This document shows positions 13,665 through 25,272 of a DNA stretch of 64,000 bases, piece after piece. Position 1 is the first letter of the stretch, and each line of letters starts with the position of its first letter. Under the pieces are notes generated by a model. That model was not told where the DNA came from and ran no database searches. It saw only the letters and a program-made list of their open reading frames with translations. Source of the stretch: Lama guanicoe (taxonomy: Eukaryota); contig MU056216.1 in NCBI GenBank assembly GCA_013239625.1, forward strand, positions 5,686,644 to 5,750,643, written 5' to 3'. Both the position numbers and the translations under genes were made by a program.

Positions 13665-14103
13665 TGTTACCGACCTTGGTTCTTGGACCCTTTAATCAAT
13701 GGAAATTGATAAGAGGCCAGATGAGAAATTCAGGCAAGACTTTCCTGGGACTCTCGCTGCAGCATGAGGGAGCGAGAACGAGTGACAGGTGCCCTCGCTC
13801 GCTTATTGAGGTGGGGGATGAACCCGTCCTTAAATAGGATAAGGTTTGGGGCAGGTCCATGAGTTGAACCAGAGGGCAGCTTAGGTGGTCTGCCCACCCC
13901 CTTGGTGGTGCTTGGTGGTATGCAGGGATCATGCACAGTCCCCTGTTTTGGCCTTTTTGTATTTTGTTATTTATAATTTACCCCAACGGCGCCTGCATGC
14001 TGTTATTTTATCATTTCTCTGTGTCCCATCGCTCAAGAAAACATCTGTGCAGGTGCAAGCTCTGCAGTAAAGGGTCCCAGGTCCCGGGTCCCAGCCTGTC
14101 TCA
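13665..14103 (-). mobile_element. ERV solo LTR with perfect 4-bp TSD (TTAG)
   Basis: ttag|tgttaccg...cctgtctca|ttag; CpGs retained. Confidence 0.85.
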
Positions 14104-14269
14104 TTAGGATGGACAAACTGTGTTTAAATGCTGCCAAAATAATTTGAAGAAAAGCAGCAAATTAATGTAAACCAGCATCCTTCAATGCTAAATCCCCCAT
14201 TCTTTGGCTGAATCCGATTCTTGTTACTTTGGTGGTAGATTTAGTGAAATTATTTTATGTATATAAAAT

Positions 14270-14710
14270 GGAGCATGTTAGGTTAGTGATGGCCACAATT
14301 TCTTTGTGATGCTTCCCATTGAGAGATACAGTCTGGCCTTAGAGACGTGCTTGAGGGTGGTGGAAGTGACACTCCGTGCCTCCCCAGCTTGGTCATAAGA
14401 TGTCTTTCTGCTTCTGCTTTTGTCTCTGAAACACTGCCTCTGCAACCCTGAGCTGCCCTCTGATAAGTCCACCTACACCAGGACTGCCAGGCCAGAGAGG
14501 CCACATGTGGGTTCTCCACTTGACAGTCTGAGCTGAGCCCAGCCTTCTGAGCTACCCTACCAAGTCACACAGGGGCAAAGCTATCTGAAACCTCCAGACC
14601 AGCCATCCAGTCAATGCCATATAGAACAATGGAGTCACTCAGCTAAGCTCTGCCTGACTCTCTCATCCGCAAAATTATGATATAATAAAATGGTTGTTGT
14701 CTTAAGCCTA
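14270..14710 (+). mobile_element. MaLR LTR (MLT1-type)
   Basis: gatggccacaattt...cccattgagagat...aataaaatggttgttgtcttaagcc. Confidence 0.65.
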
Positions 14711-15064
14711 ATACAAACTTGAACCTCCAGAAAGGTACATTCTTTGAGACAGCTGGATTCTTATCCTTTGGCTTCTCTACCTTGCCCTGTGGTTATTATA
14801 AATGGCACCTCTTTATAATTCTCACAATAACCTTGCACCCTGGGTATTATTACCTTTGCATTACAGATGAGAAAATAGGAACCAAGAGAATAAGTAACTT
14901 GATTAAATATGCAAATGCATGCTAGACGCAGGATTGAAACCCAAGCCTGGCCATTATCCTAGCGATTATCAGAGTGAGACTCTTAATTATCACTGATGTA
15001 ATCACATAGCTAAGAATCAGAAGTTTTTCTGGACATTTCAGGCTCTCACTCCATGAGTCTCAAT

Positions 15065-15284
15065 CAGGGGTAAGCAAACTTTTTCTTAAAGGACCAGGCA
15101 GTAAATATTTCATATTGCAGGTCATTTGGTCTCCATGGCAACTACTCCACTTGGCTATAACAGTATGGAAGCGCCATGGGAAATATGTGAGCAACTGACA
15201 GTGGCTGTGTTCCAAATGCATTTTATTTACAAAATCAGATGATGGGCTAGATTTGGCTCATGGGCCATAGATTACTGACCCCTG
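15065..15284. mobile_element. MER58A-like hAT MITE
   Basis: Terminal inverted repeats caggggtaagcaaact...attactgacccctg; about 220 bp. Confidence 0.8.
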
Positions 15285-15430
15285 ATCTACACATCTGAGA
15301 TGTCTGTGTTTGAATCCTTTTTGAGTTTTTGGAAAAGAAGCTCAAATTTTAAATAAAATGTTGACAGCACTGTCTTTCAATCCAATTTTAAACCAAAGTT
15401 GAAGGTTTTATTAATCTTCCACTGTAAACA

Positions 15431-15946
15431 TATTACCTAATCCAAACTCGTTCTGCTTACCACATGACAGGCCAGTACATCTGGAGATGAGGTATTGGGG
15501 CAAGGAATAACAACTTTATTTGGAAAGCCAGCAGACCGAGAAGATGGGGGACTAATGTCCCAGAGAACCATCTTCCCCAAGTCAGAATTCAGGCTCCTTT
15601 AATACTAAAAAGGGGAGGGGATGTGTTTGGTTGTTGCAAACTTCTTGGTGTCAGAATCCTTTGTTCTTGCAGCTGTCCACGTGGGTCAGGTCATGGTGTC
15701 CCTGTAAAACTCCAACAAGACAAATGTTATTTCCTATTCCTATTTTATCTTTATATGAATGGGAAAGTGTTATACCCTTAAAATTCAGAGCCTTGAGAAT
15801 GGGCTTCCCTGTATATTTGAGGTTATAAGCAATCTTCTTTTACAAAAGATGCAGAACCAGCATGACTAAGCACAGAAAACAGAACACAGGGTTAGAGCAA
15901 AAGGAATAGATCTAATATGGAGTCAGATTTGTTCTTCCCAACTATA
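15431..15946 (-). mobile_element. ERV LTR
   Basis: ggggcaaggaataacaactttattt...gaagatgggggactaatgtcc...aatatggagtcagattt; tttatt near the left end gives the orientation. Confidence 0.7.
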
Positions 15947-16979
15947 AATAGAATATGTGTAAGTCAATGGAATGTGTGAGTCAGTGTAGGAGATAGCAAA
16001 AAAAATGTACATCTGGAAACATTATTGTAGAGGGTTTTTTTTTCTACTAAGTTAAAAATCCTGGAAAAGGGTGGATTAGACATAAGCTACAATATGTGGA
16101 ATTGTCTCCATGTTTGCATTACATATGAGAATATCTGTAGTCAATTGTTGTGTTCTTTAATCCTTTGGAGCTGCAAAGAGATGTTCCTGATAACGATTAC
16201 AAAATATTTCATGAAGCATTTTGTGCAGCATTTATAGAACCCACTGCTCCTACGGCAGCCTGACAAGACCTCCTAGCCCTTTGGGCTGCATTGCTGGCTG
16301 TTTGACAGCTGCACATCCATGTGATGTGCTAGGTCAGGACAGAGTGTTCCCAGCTAATGGAAACCACATGAGCAATCATGGGTAACAGGGAACCATTGGT
16401 CATAGCTGAAAACTGCACTTGAACAAGAAAAGTTGGGTCTTTATCAAGGAGTTATTGAAGTCTTGAAAGTCAGAGAGGGTCAAGATTTTAATTTCTGTGG
16501 GACTTCTCTACAATAACGTATCAGTGTTGGTTGAGCCACTCCAAGTCAATTTAATCTGTGCTTCATATTCATTTTTTTTTATCTTTCTTGTTATCTTAGA
16601 CCCATTAGTCTATTAAGTTTTAAGTGTCTTGAGTGCAGGAAATAAGGGATTTTTTTTGCCTTCTTTCCATTGTCATTACTGCTTGAGGTAAAACTGTGTT
16701 CAGCTCATTGTTGACTAAATGTATCATAAACTATTCCCAAACTTATTGGTCCAGAAATTGCAATATCTTGCTTGACATTTTTTCCTCAAGTTTTTAATAT
16801 CACATATATATATACATATATGTATATGAAGACTTCTTATATCCAGTCTTCAGCTCTCCAAGGACGCTATGAACAGCATATGCAATATTATTATCACTAG
16901 CTCCTATTGACATAATAACATTTCTTTTCCAATTTGGTTTTGTAAATTTTCTGCCCACAAAATTTCCAATCATGTTGAA

Positions 16980-18000
16980 TGTATTTATTCATTTAGAAGA
17001 GGTGATATATACACATGGTGCACAATATTAAAATGTATGGAATAATATACAGTAGTGAGTTGTTTTCTTCCCATTTTGTCCCACAGTCCTTAGTTTCTCA
17101 TCACTTTACCCAGTTTTTTGAGCATCCTTCTGTAGAGCCATACCATTTATTTCATCACCCCCTTTAATTTACAGACACAGAAATATACTGTACATACTTT
17201 CTGTATCTTGCTTTTTTTTACTCATTACTGTATTCTAGAAATCATCCCATTTTAGTACATATAGAGATGACTTTAAAAAATATCTGCCAGTATTTTAATT
17301 GTGTGGGTGGACTGGCGTTGCCTTAACAAATGTTTAATAATGTACATTTATGTTGTTTTTAAGCATTTTGCTCTTGCAAGCAGCTGCTGTAATAAATATC
17401 CTTGCTACATATGTCTTTGTGCACATGTGAGAGACTATGTATAGGATAACTTCTGAGCAATAGAACTGCTGAGTCAAAGCAATGCAAAGCATTTCGCTTT
17501 TATTGCATGTTTTCAAATTGACCTCCAGAAAGCTGTAACAATATACACCCAGAGCAGCAGTGCATTCATTCTGTTTCACATTTCCTCCACATGTAATGTC
17601 TCATCAAAATTTGATTTTTGTTAATTGTGAAAAATGTTCTCTTCTTAGAGTTTTAAGAAGTTGCAGTTTTCTTATTTTGCTGAAGACTAGTCAAGACTTT
17701 TGTCCAATTTTCTATGTCATTACTGAATTTTTTCTTCCTAATTTACTGTTCTTTGGATATTAAGGAAATTAGACTTTCGTTAGACATACATTAAAAGTTT
17801 TTTTCTTTTCCTTTTTAATATAATCAAAGTTGTCAATCTTTGGGGGCTTGGGAACTGTTATATAATATTATTAATATGGTGTAAAAATTCACCCATGTTT
17901 TCTTCTAGTACTTCTATAATTTCTTCTTCTTCTTTCTTTTTTTTTTTAAGACTTTAATGCTAGATCCACCTGAGTAAAAAATTGACTTCTTTTTTCTAGA
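16980..18000 (-). mobile_element. Old L1M fragment
   Basis: Degenerate L1 3' motifs (ataaatatccttgctacatatgtctttgtgcacatgtg; ttttcttctagtacttctataat). Confidence 0.6.
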
Positions 18001-18134
18001 ATGCCATCAAGAAGTTTAATTGGATATTTAGAGTTCCCCTCTCTTCACCAAACACTGATTAAAAAAAGACCACAAAATACAAATATGACAGGACCTTTGA
18101 AGCTGATGAAATATGAATCATTGATAACTTGCTT

Positions 18135-18520
18135 GAGATGGTTAAAATTGTATGTGTCAAATTGGCTGGGCCACAGTGCCCAAATATTTGGTCAAACATT
18201 CTGGATGTTTCTGTGAGGCTGTTTTTGGATGAAATTTACATTTTAATCTGTGGACTTATATAGTAAAGCAGATTGCCCTATGTAATGTGGATGGGCTTCA
18301 GCCGATTAGCTGAAGGCTGAATAGAACAAAAAACTGATATTCATGCCTCACCCCTATCCCCACCCAAAGCCACAAGGAATTTTGCCAACTGACGTCCTTC
18401 AGATCTGAACTGCAACTGTAATTGGTTCTTCCCTGGATCTCCAGCCTGTTGGCGCACCCTGCAGATTTGGGACTTGCTGGCCTTCATAATCATATGAACC
18501 AATTTTAAAAAATTCACGTA
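18135..18520 (+). mobile_element. MLT2 (ERVL) LTR
   Basis: gatggttaaaattgtatgtgtcaaattggctgggccacagtgcccaaatatttggtcaaacatt...ctccagcctg...cagatttgggacttgc. Confidence 0.8.
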
Positions 18521-18692
18521 TAACTTGCAGTCAGCCCTGTGTATACACAGTTCCTGCATATCTATGGTACTCTGGGTTCCACACCCACAGATTCAACCAA
18601 ACAACAGTGGTGTAATACTGCAGTACTTACTGTTGAAAAAAATCTGCATGCAAGTGGACATGCACAGTTCAATCCGTGTTGTTGGAGGGATA

Positions 18693-18724
<32 letters not shown>
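18693..18724. repeat. (GT)n microsatellite
   Basis: Direct observation. Confidence 0.95.
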
Positions 18725-18725
<1 letters not shown>

Positions 18726-19164
18726 TATACACATATATCATAGCTCTTAACATATAAAGGGCTTCAATAATATTACTTCCCCCTAAAAGTTCCTATTTTA
18801 CCTTTTAAGACACAGCTCAGATTTGACTTTTATATTGTATGCATCCGTCCATCAAGCTTGCTAGAAATAGTTATAAGCTCAGATTACAGCTAGGCTTAGA
18901 ATTAATGGAGAATTTTTACAAAGATATACAGGACTGTGGCTAGAAGCCAATGTCACTCAAGTTTTCATTTCTTCCCTGTTTGGGACATATATAGGCGCTT
19001 CACAGTGAGCTAGAAAAATAGCTTTACATTTTTGGGGACAATAACCAGAGCTTTAAGAAAATGCTTTATCTTGGTTCACCTAAAAGAGAAGCTTTAGTGG
19101 CAGTGGCTTAGTGTCACTCTATGTAGGTATGAAACAAATATATTGTGGAGGTTTCAGGGGAGGC

Positions 19165-19680
19165 TGTGGTAGGCAGAATAATGGCCCTCCACAGATGTCC
19201 AAGCCCCTGTCCTCGGAAACTTCAAACACATTAGCCCACATGGCAAAAGGGACTTTGCAGATGAGATGAATTTTACAGATCTTAAAATAGGTTATCCTAG
19301 ATTACCAGGTGGGCCCAATATAATCACATGAGCTCTTAAAAGTGGAAGGGGGAGGCAGAAGTGGCAGTCAGAGATGCACCAGAGTCAGAGGAAGTGGAAA
19401 AGATGTGGAAACAGGGGAAGGACTTGACCTATGTTTGCTGGCTTTGGTGATGGAGGAAGGGGACCATGAACTTGGGAACGCAGGCAACCCTACTCCCTGG
19501 GACAGCCAATAAGGAAACAGAGACCTGGAATGCAGTCGTGTGGACGTCTTAATTTCAGTGCTGTGAGACCCAAGCAGAAGGCCAGCTGAACCCCACTGCT
19601 CTGGGACTTCTGCCTACAGAAACTGAGATAATAAATGGCTGTTGTTTTAAGCTGTGGTAATTTATTATGGCAGCAAGAGA
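19165..19680 (+). mobile_element. MaLR LTR (MLT1C/D-like)
   Basis: tgtggtaggcagaataatggccc...catggcaaaagggactttgcagat...gataataaatggctgttgttttaagc. Confidence 0.85.
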
Positions 19681-20567
19681 AGATGAGTACAGAGAACAGA
19701 GGCTCAGAGGTAGGTCATTTGCCTGGTACCCAACCCACATACGGATGCTTTAGCTCACGCACGGGTACCTGGTGCAGTCAGTTGTTGATGGCCTATCATG
19801 GTTTATTTTGCCTCAGAGTAGGGGTTGGGAATCAAAGTAGGGGTCAGAAATCAAAGCAGCTTTTTCCTACCCCCCCCCAAAATAGTGGGTTGGGGCCACG
19901 TTGTTGAAAAGGCAGCTATACAAATGCAGGCCTGTGGTACTTCACTAACAGTGGCTCCTTGGCCCAGCAGCCAGGAAGCCTTCTCTCGTCCTTCTAGACA
20001 CGATTTTCTCTCTGTTGGGCAGCCGGTTAACCTTTTAGTAAATACATATTGAGAAATGACAGGCATTGTCATCTTGGCACTTGTACATGTCCTGTTGTAT
20101 CTGTACATGTTTATTTTCACACTGTTTCCAACTCCAGCTCCCAACACATGGCTGGCACATGGTGGGCCTTTAGAATTGGCTATGAACAAATGGTTTCCTA
20201 TAATCAGTTCATCCTACTTAATAACTCGGAGTGAATGTAATTATTTTGACTCAAAGTAAAATAATCTCATGTTCTTTTTCCCTGAAGTGTGGTACAACAG
20301 AAGACTTCTTACATCCTGAGCTGCACTGTGACCTCTTGTCCTAGAATACAGCGGCTAATTACAGGCATCTTGGCAAAAGAAGGACATTCTTAGATTATTA
20401 GACTTGTATAAATCACCATTTTAAACATCCTTTGGTTTTCATTTGTCTCATCTTTTTAATGATTGTAACTTGAGCCCTTTAATCCTGTTTGGGAAGTTCA
20501 ATATACAATATACAGAGAAGCCTGTCCCTTTCTTGGTTTACTAATATTATAGGCCTAGGAATGAAAT

Positions 20568-20941
20568 TTAAAACTCTTGTGTTTGTATTCCATCTGTTCT
20601 GTTCTGGCAACATATTTCTTTTTTAATTATACATTCCTGGAGGAAACAGCCAGCCACAGTTGCCTGTCTCGCACGGCCTGCACGTGTGGCTGTTTTCAGT
20701 CTAACAGCATGGTCTCTTCTGGACGATGCCCTGTCATCTTGACCTGATTCAGTCAGGCTTGTGAGTGAAAAGCAAACCACTTGAAAAGGCACTGCTTGCT
20801 CTTTAGTTGTAGTGTTATTTTACATTATCAGCTTGAAATATTTGATAATTTCTGCAGTGGAACACTTCAGTATTCCCTTGACTTTCTCATTCGGACCACA
20901 TTCATTAGCCCCAGAGACCCTGAACGAGTTGTCACACTCCT
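20568..20941 (-). pseudogene. Pseudo-exon 20 (probably terminal): EECDNSFRVSGANECGPNEKVKGILKCSTAEIIKYFKLIM*NNTTTKEQAVPFQVVCFSLTSLTESGQ...TQEF*
   Basis: Acceptor ttctaacttccaag, phase 1 fits exon 19. Track ORFs 20820..21002 and 20568..20792 share one frame separated by a single TAA. ATTAAA hexamers lie about 90-115 nt downstream. Confidence 0.7.
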
Positions 20942-20956
20942 CTTGGAAGTTAGAAG

Positions 20957-21496
20957 TGTGGAAATAAATAAAGGCCAACCTAATGAGAAAAGCTGAGGGC
21001 ATTTATTCAGAGCTTGCTACAGCACAGGAGTCAACCGCCATCACTTGCTTTTGACAGAGGCTCAAAGGCAGGCAGAGGAATGGGAAAGCTCTATAGTGGA
21101 GTAAAAGCAAGGCTCTCATCCATCCTGAGTGGAGGCCGCCGGCGTGGGGAAGCTGTAGGCAGGCTGACAGGAGCACGCATCCTCTGTGATTGGTTAAGGG
21201 CCTGTCTGAGCTTTCTCTGTTGGTTCTAAGTTGGAAGTGGGGACAAAAGTTAAAAAACTGTCAAGTGCTAATTAGGTCCTGGCCTTTCGGGGCTGAATGC
21301 CGTGGAGGTAATTGCTTAGCTTCCTGGGTTGTTACTAGGGATGGCAATCTGGCCCCCTGGAAGTCTTTCCTCTAGCAGGCTGGCCTCCTGGGCTGTTCAT
21401 GTAGATAAGGGGGTTGGCTTGTTTTGGGCAAGTGGTGGCTCAGTTCTTTTTCCACATATGGCCCAGCCATTGTCCATCTGCATGTTCAGTTTCTCA
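20957..21496 (-). mobile_element. ERV solo LTR inserted in the last intron of the pseudogene
   Basis: TG...CA termini (tgtggaaata...gtttctca), flanks gaag/aaag, tttatt near the left end. Confidence 0.75.
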
Positions 21497-21568
21497 AAAG
21501 TAACTCTGTGCTTTTGCAAATATGCTCCTGGCACTGCATTCTACACTAAGCACGGGCCCAAAGCTCAC

Positions 21569-21806
21569 CTCCGAAGAATATTCCTTTGTTACAGTTTTGG
21601 ACATAGGGCTTAAGAAAAGAGGTGAAGCTTGAGAGACACAGTAAACACAAATTGTACATATCACCCCTGATCCAGAGAGTTCCTTTATAGGAGAGAGATT
21701 TAAAGTTTTCAATTTTCAGGTAATTTTCTTGCTGAGACATTCAGCTGGGCAGCTGAAGCAGCTCAAGACAATTTCTCTTAAGGATCTCATTTTGAGAAAA
21801 ACTGCT
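21569..21806 (-). pseudogene. Pseudo-exon 19, module 4: SSFSQNEILKRNCLELLQLPS*MSQQENYLKIENFKSLSYKGTLWIRGDMYNLCLLCLSSFTSFLKPYVQNCNKGIFFG
   Basis: Acceptor ttgtttttcccacctttcag after a 77-nt intron, strong donor GAG|gtgagc; 238 nt, phase 0 to 1; one stop. Confidence 0.85.
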
Positions 21807-21883
21807 CTGAAAGGTGGGAAAAACAAAAAAGGAAAATTTTGCAAAGGAGTGAACACACCTATGCTCTCGAGTCTTTTGCTTAC

Positions 21884-22400
21884 GTGCCAGTAGTGCGCAA
21901 TGGAGAAGGAGGTCATACAGAGTTCAAGTGCACTGGCCGTGAAGCCCTTCCACCACCCCTACCCTTTCCATTGCTTGAGGTCGGGTCGGCAACTTTCTGT
22001 GCATTTCCCTGAGGGGAGTGGGCAGGCCTTTGTAAAACTTGATCTTCCCTAGTGTGTCAACAACTGGTCTCTGATGATGCTACTCCAGATCCTCAAACCA
22101 TCATCATTCATCAAGGAAGCTGCCTCGTTACAGTCCTTCACTTTGGAATTTCTGTTGCCTTTGGAGTTCCCCATTGCTTTGTGAAGACTTTTGTTTCTAA
22201 AATTTCTGAAGAGATACCACATTTCGGGGGGTGTTATGAAATTACTGAGGTGGGGGGTGAGATATACTTGGTATTCCAAGTCTCTCTGACCAGGGCCACT
22301 CTCTCTTTGATATGCAACACTTTTATGTTAATAGCTACATAGACTTTCTGAAAGTTCCGCTGCACTGCCACCTCGTTTTGAACTTGCTCTTAACTTTGAT
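21884..22400 (-). pseudogene. Pseudo-exon 18: SKLRASSKRGGSAAELSESLCSY*HKSVAYQRESGPGQRDLEYQVYLTPHLSNFITPPEMWYLFRN...DQLLTH*GRSS...KQWKG*GWWKGFTASALELCMTSFSIAHYWH
   Basis: Acceptor ttttaaatcctttag, donor CAC|gtaagc; 517 nt = 1 + 172 codons in a single frame with only 3 stops. Track ORFs 22049..22279 and 21716..21916 share this frame. Confidence 0.8.
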
Positions 22401-22708
22401 CTAAAGGATTTAAAAACATTTTTTACACATACTACTGGTAAGCCCGGTCTCATCAGTTATATATTTGGATTCAAGTTCCTGACCTTACATTTCTCCACCC
22501 TAAATATAAAGTGTGGCCTAAGGGGTCCCTTTGGACCGTATTCTGTCAGTCAACCCACAGTTCCACCTCTCTCAGCTTCATGTCACCACCATGTTTATAA
22601 GCATCCCATTGCTTAAACTCGTGAGGCAGATGAGGCCAAAGAAATCAATCAGAATGTTTCGCAACCACTGAAAAAATCAGTTTTGAATACACTCAGTTGT
22701 AAACTTAC

Positions 22709-22813
22709 CCAACCCGAATTTCCCCGGCATGTCCACTGGGTGTTATGTCCAATGGCTTGTTGAATTCCAGAGTCACCATATCTATCACTTCCTGTTGTGC
22801 TGGTCTAGTAACC
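22709..22813 (-). pseudogene. Pseudo-exon 17: VTRPAQQEVIDMVTLEFNKPLDITPSGHAGEIRV(G)
   Basis: Acceptor ttttctttttctgaaag, consensus donor GG|gtaagt; 105 nt open, phase 2 to 2. Confidence 0.85.
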
Positions 22814-22982
22814 CTTTCAGAAAAAGAAAATATAAATAATTTCATATGACATTTTAAATTAACACATCCTGGCTTGGTAATCACCATTTCTTCTTCTGAA
22901 GATTGCCTCACCAACCATTCTTTCTAAGACTATTAATTTTATAATTTTTCTCAAGATTGTTGTTAAGAGGAAAACAACTTAC

Positions 22983-23193
22983 TTTCTTCTTTTGGAAAAT
23001 TAAAACCATATGGGGTCATGTGTTTTTGCATTTCTTCTCCCCAGAGTTCTTCGAACAACACTGACAAGGTTTCATGCATGTTTTTTAAAGTAATCTCAGT
23101 ATTTGGAGACACAGTTTGCCCAGACCAGACTATTTTTTGCTCATCTAAGGCTTCAATTCCTATTTTTCACTTTTTTTCTCATAATTTTTCCTC
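22983..23193 (-). pseudogene. Pseudo-exon 16: GKIMRKKVK/IGIEALDEQKIVWSGQTVSPNTEITLKNMHETLSVLFEELWGEEMQKHMTPYGFNFPKEE
   Basis: Acceptor ctgtgtgctatag, consensus donor AAA|gtaagt; 211 nt is the correct phase 1 to 2 length, with two compensating A-run frameshifts. Confidence 0.75.
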
Positions 23194-23785
23194 CTATAGC
23201 ACACAGGTTAAATCAAAGTAAATTTTGAAGAGCATTATCAACTGCAAATGCATAAGGGATAATAAGGAAGTAAATTCACTGATGGTAAGGTATTATTCTG
23301 AACCCCTCAAAAACAGTAATTATAGTAAATTTAAATTGATAACTCTTCCTATTAAAGGACAAAGATTAAAAACAGAACAGGAGATATGGCAATGGCTATA
23401 TATTGCTTGTGTTTCCATGACTGTCATTAATTTAGTTTGGGAAGCATTTTTTCTCTTCTTAACTTTTTAATGGCTTTCTAGCAAATACTCTTTAAAACAT
23501 TATCTTGACATTAACATAATCCCAAATTAAGTAGACGGAAAGAACACCTTATAGGACTGAATATAAAGCAACCCAGAATATAAAGCAATTTTCCCAAGGA
23601 TAACTTTTTGACCCACTCGAATACATACATTTTTAGAGACATAGATGATATTATCAAATTTCAATTTACAGTTTTAGTGCATTAGTTAAGTTAGACACAT
23701 ACTAATTGCATATTAAATAATGTTTAATATGTATTATGAACACAGAGAGGATTGTATAAAATACATCATAACTTTTTATATTTAT

Positions 23786-23918
23786 CTGTCATTGCTAGAG
23801 CAGTTTTGCAGTCATCAGACACATTTTTCTGGAGTATATAATTTTCACAGTCACGTAATTTTTGGTGATACAGAATCCATATATGATGGTATTACTGAAA
23901 ATTCCCAGTTGGATGCAC
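23786..23918 (-). pseudogene. Pseudo-exon 15, module 3: VHPTGNFQ*YHHIWILYHQKLRDCENYILQKNVSDDCKTALAMT(G)
   Basis: Acceptor caaacag; 133 nt, phase 0 to 1, fitting both neighbours. The donor reads CAG|ataaat (inferred GT>AT mutation). One TAA. Confidence 0.65.
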
Positions 23919-23924
23919 CTGTTT

Positions 23925-24900
23925 GTATTAATATTTATGCACTTATACAGCAAATATTTGTCAAGCATGTACTGTGAGCTGGGAGCAGATCTAAGCCTTG
24001 GATATGCTGGAGATGCTGTAGTAAGTGACCTGGTGGCACTTAAGTTCTGATAGAGTTCATATCCTGCTGAGGGAAGACATATGACAAATATCTATTAAGT
24101 GCTTTCTGGGAAGTGCCATGAAGACAAATAAAACAGAAGAGGATGGAGACTGATGATGGGGAAGATGTCAGGGAAGACTTCTCTGAGAATAGTATTAATC
24201 ATTTATTTTATCTTCTGCATTCTGAAGCTTTGACATCTGGGGTTTTCCCAATCTTGTAGGCACTACCTCTCCCAGGTTAGCCAATTTCTAGAGAGAGTAA
24301 ACAGCTCTCCCATTACTCTGCATTTCAAATTTATATCAACCAATCCAAAACCCACACCCCAACTGCCTCCTTTATTGGGCTCTCACACGCTGGACCACCC
24401 TCCACCTGCCCTAATCATCCCAGGACGGGAACCAGACAGCTAGCTACAGCCCCTACATTGCACCGTTTGCTGAAATTATTCAAACTAGCCACTCCTAAGC
24501 CTGCTTTTCCTGTCTTTTCCATGGAAACCACAATACAGGCGCTTGCCTGCAGGACCCTCCCCACCTCCAGTGTGGTATGATGTGTCCCCTCTTCTCGGCA
24601 AATTTGAGAAGCAGACTAGCCTTTCAGTGGCAGTTGTCCCCTGATCTGTTAGCCTTATCGTACCTCAAATTGTCTATAAACATGCTATATTTCAAAACAG
24701 CGGGTGTGACACCTGAGGAGACACCTGGATGAAGTAAGGAGTGAGAGGTAAGATTATCTGGAAAAAGAACATTCCATTTAGAGAGAATGCATGTGTTCCT
24801 GGCCTTCTTTGAGGAGCAGCAAATTGGCTGTGTGGCCAGAGCTGGTTGAAGAAAAGGGAGAAAGCCAGGAGATAAATGAGAAAGAGGGTAGCAGTATGTG
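23925..24900. mobile_element. L2 fragment interrupted by an LTR (about 24190-24700)
   Basis: cagcaaatatttgtcaagcatgtactgtg...cagggaagacttctctgag | LTR | tgacacctgaggagacacctggatgaagt. Confidence 0.6.
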
Positions 24901-24924
24901 CAGTGAACTGAAGTGAGGGCAGCG

Positions 24925-25272
24925 CGATGGGCTGAATGTCCGTGTCTCCCCCATCAATTCACGTACTGAAGCCCTAACCCCAAAGTGAGGGTATTTGAAA
25001 GTGGGGCTTCTGGGAGGTCAGTAAGTCGTGAGTGGAGCCCTTAGGATGGGATTGGTGCTCTCATAAGAAGAGGAAAGAGAGGTAGTCTCTATTACGTGAG
25101 AACATAGTGAGAAGGTGTCAAAACATACACCAGAAAGAGGGGCCTCACCAAGAACCGAATCTGCCAACACCTTATCCTGGACTTCCCAGCCTCTGGGACT
25201 GTGGGAAATACATTTGTGTTGTAAGCCACCTGGCCTGTGGTATTTCTGTTACAGCAGCACAAACCGACTAAG
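24925..25272 (+). mobile_element. MaLR LTR (MLT1A-like)
   Basis: atgggctgaatgtccgtgtctcccc...gaagccctaacccc...ggacttcccagcctctgggactgtg...gactaagata. Confidence 0.85.
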
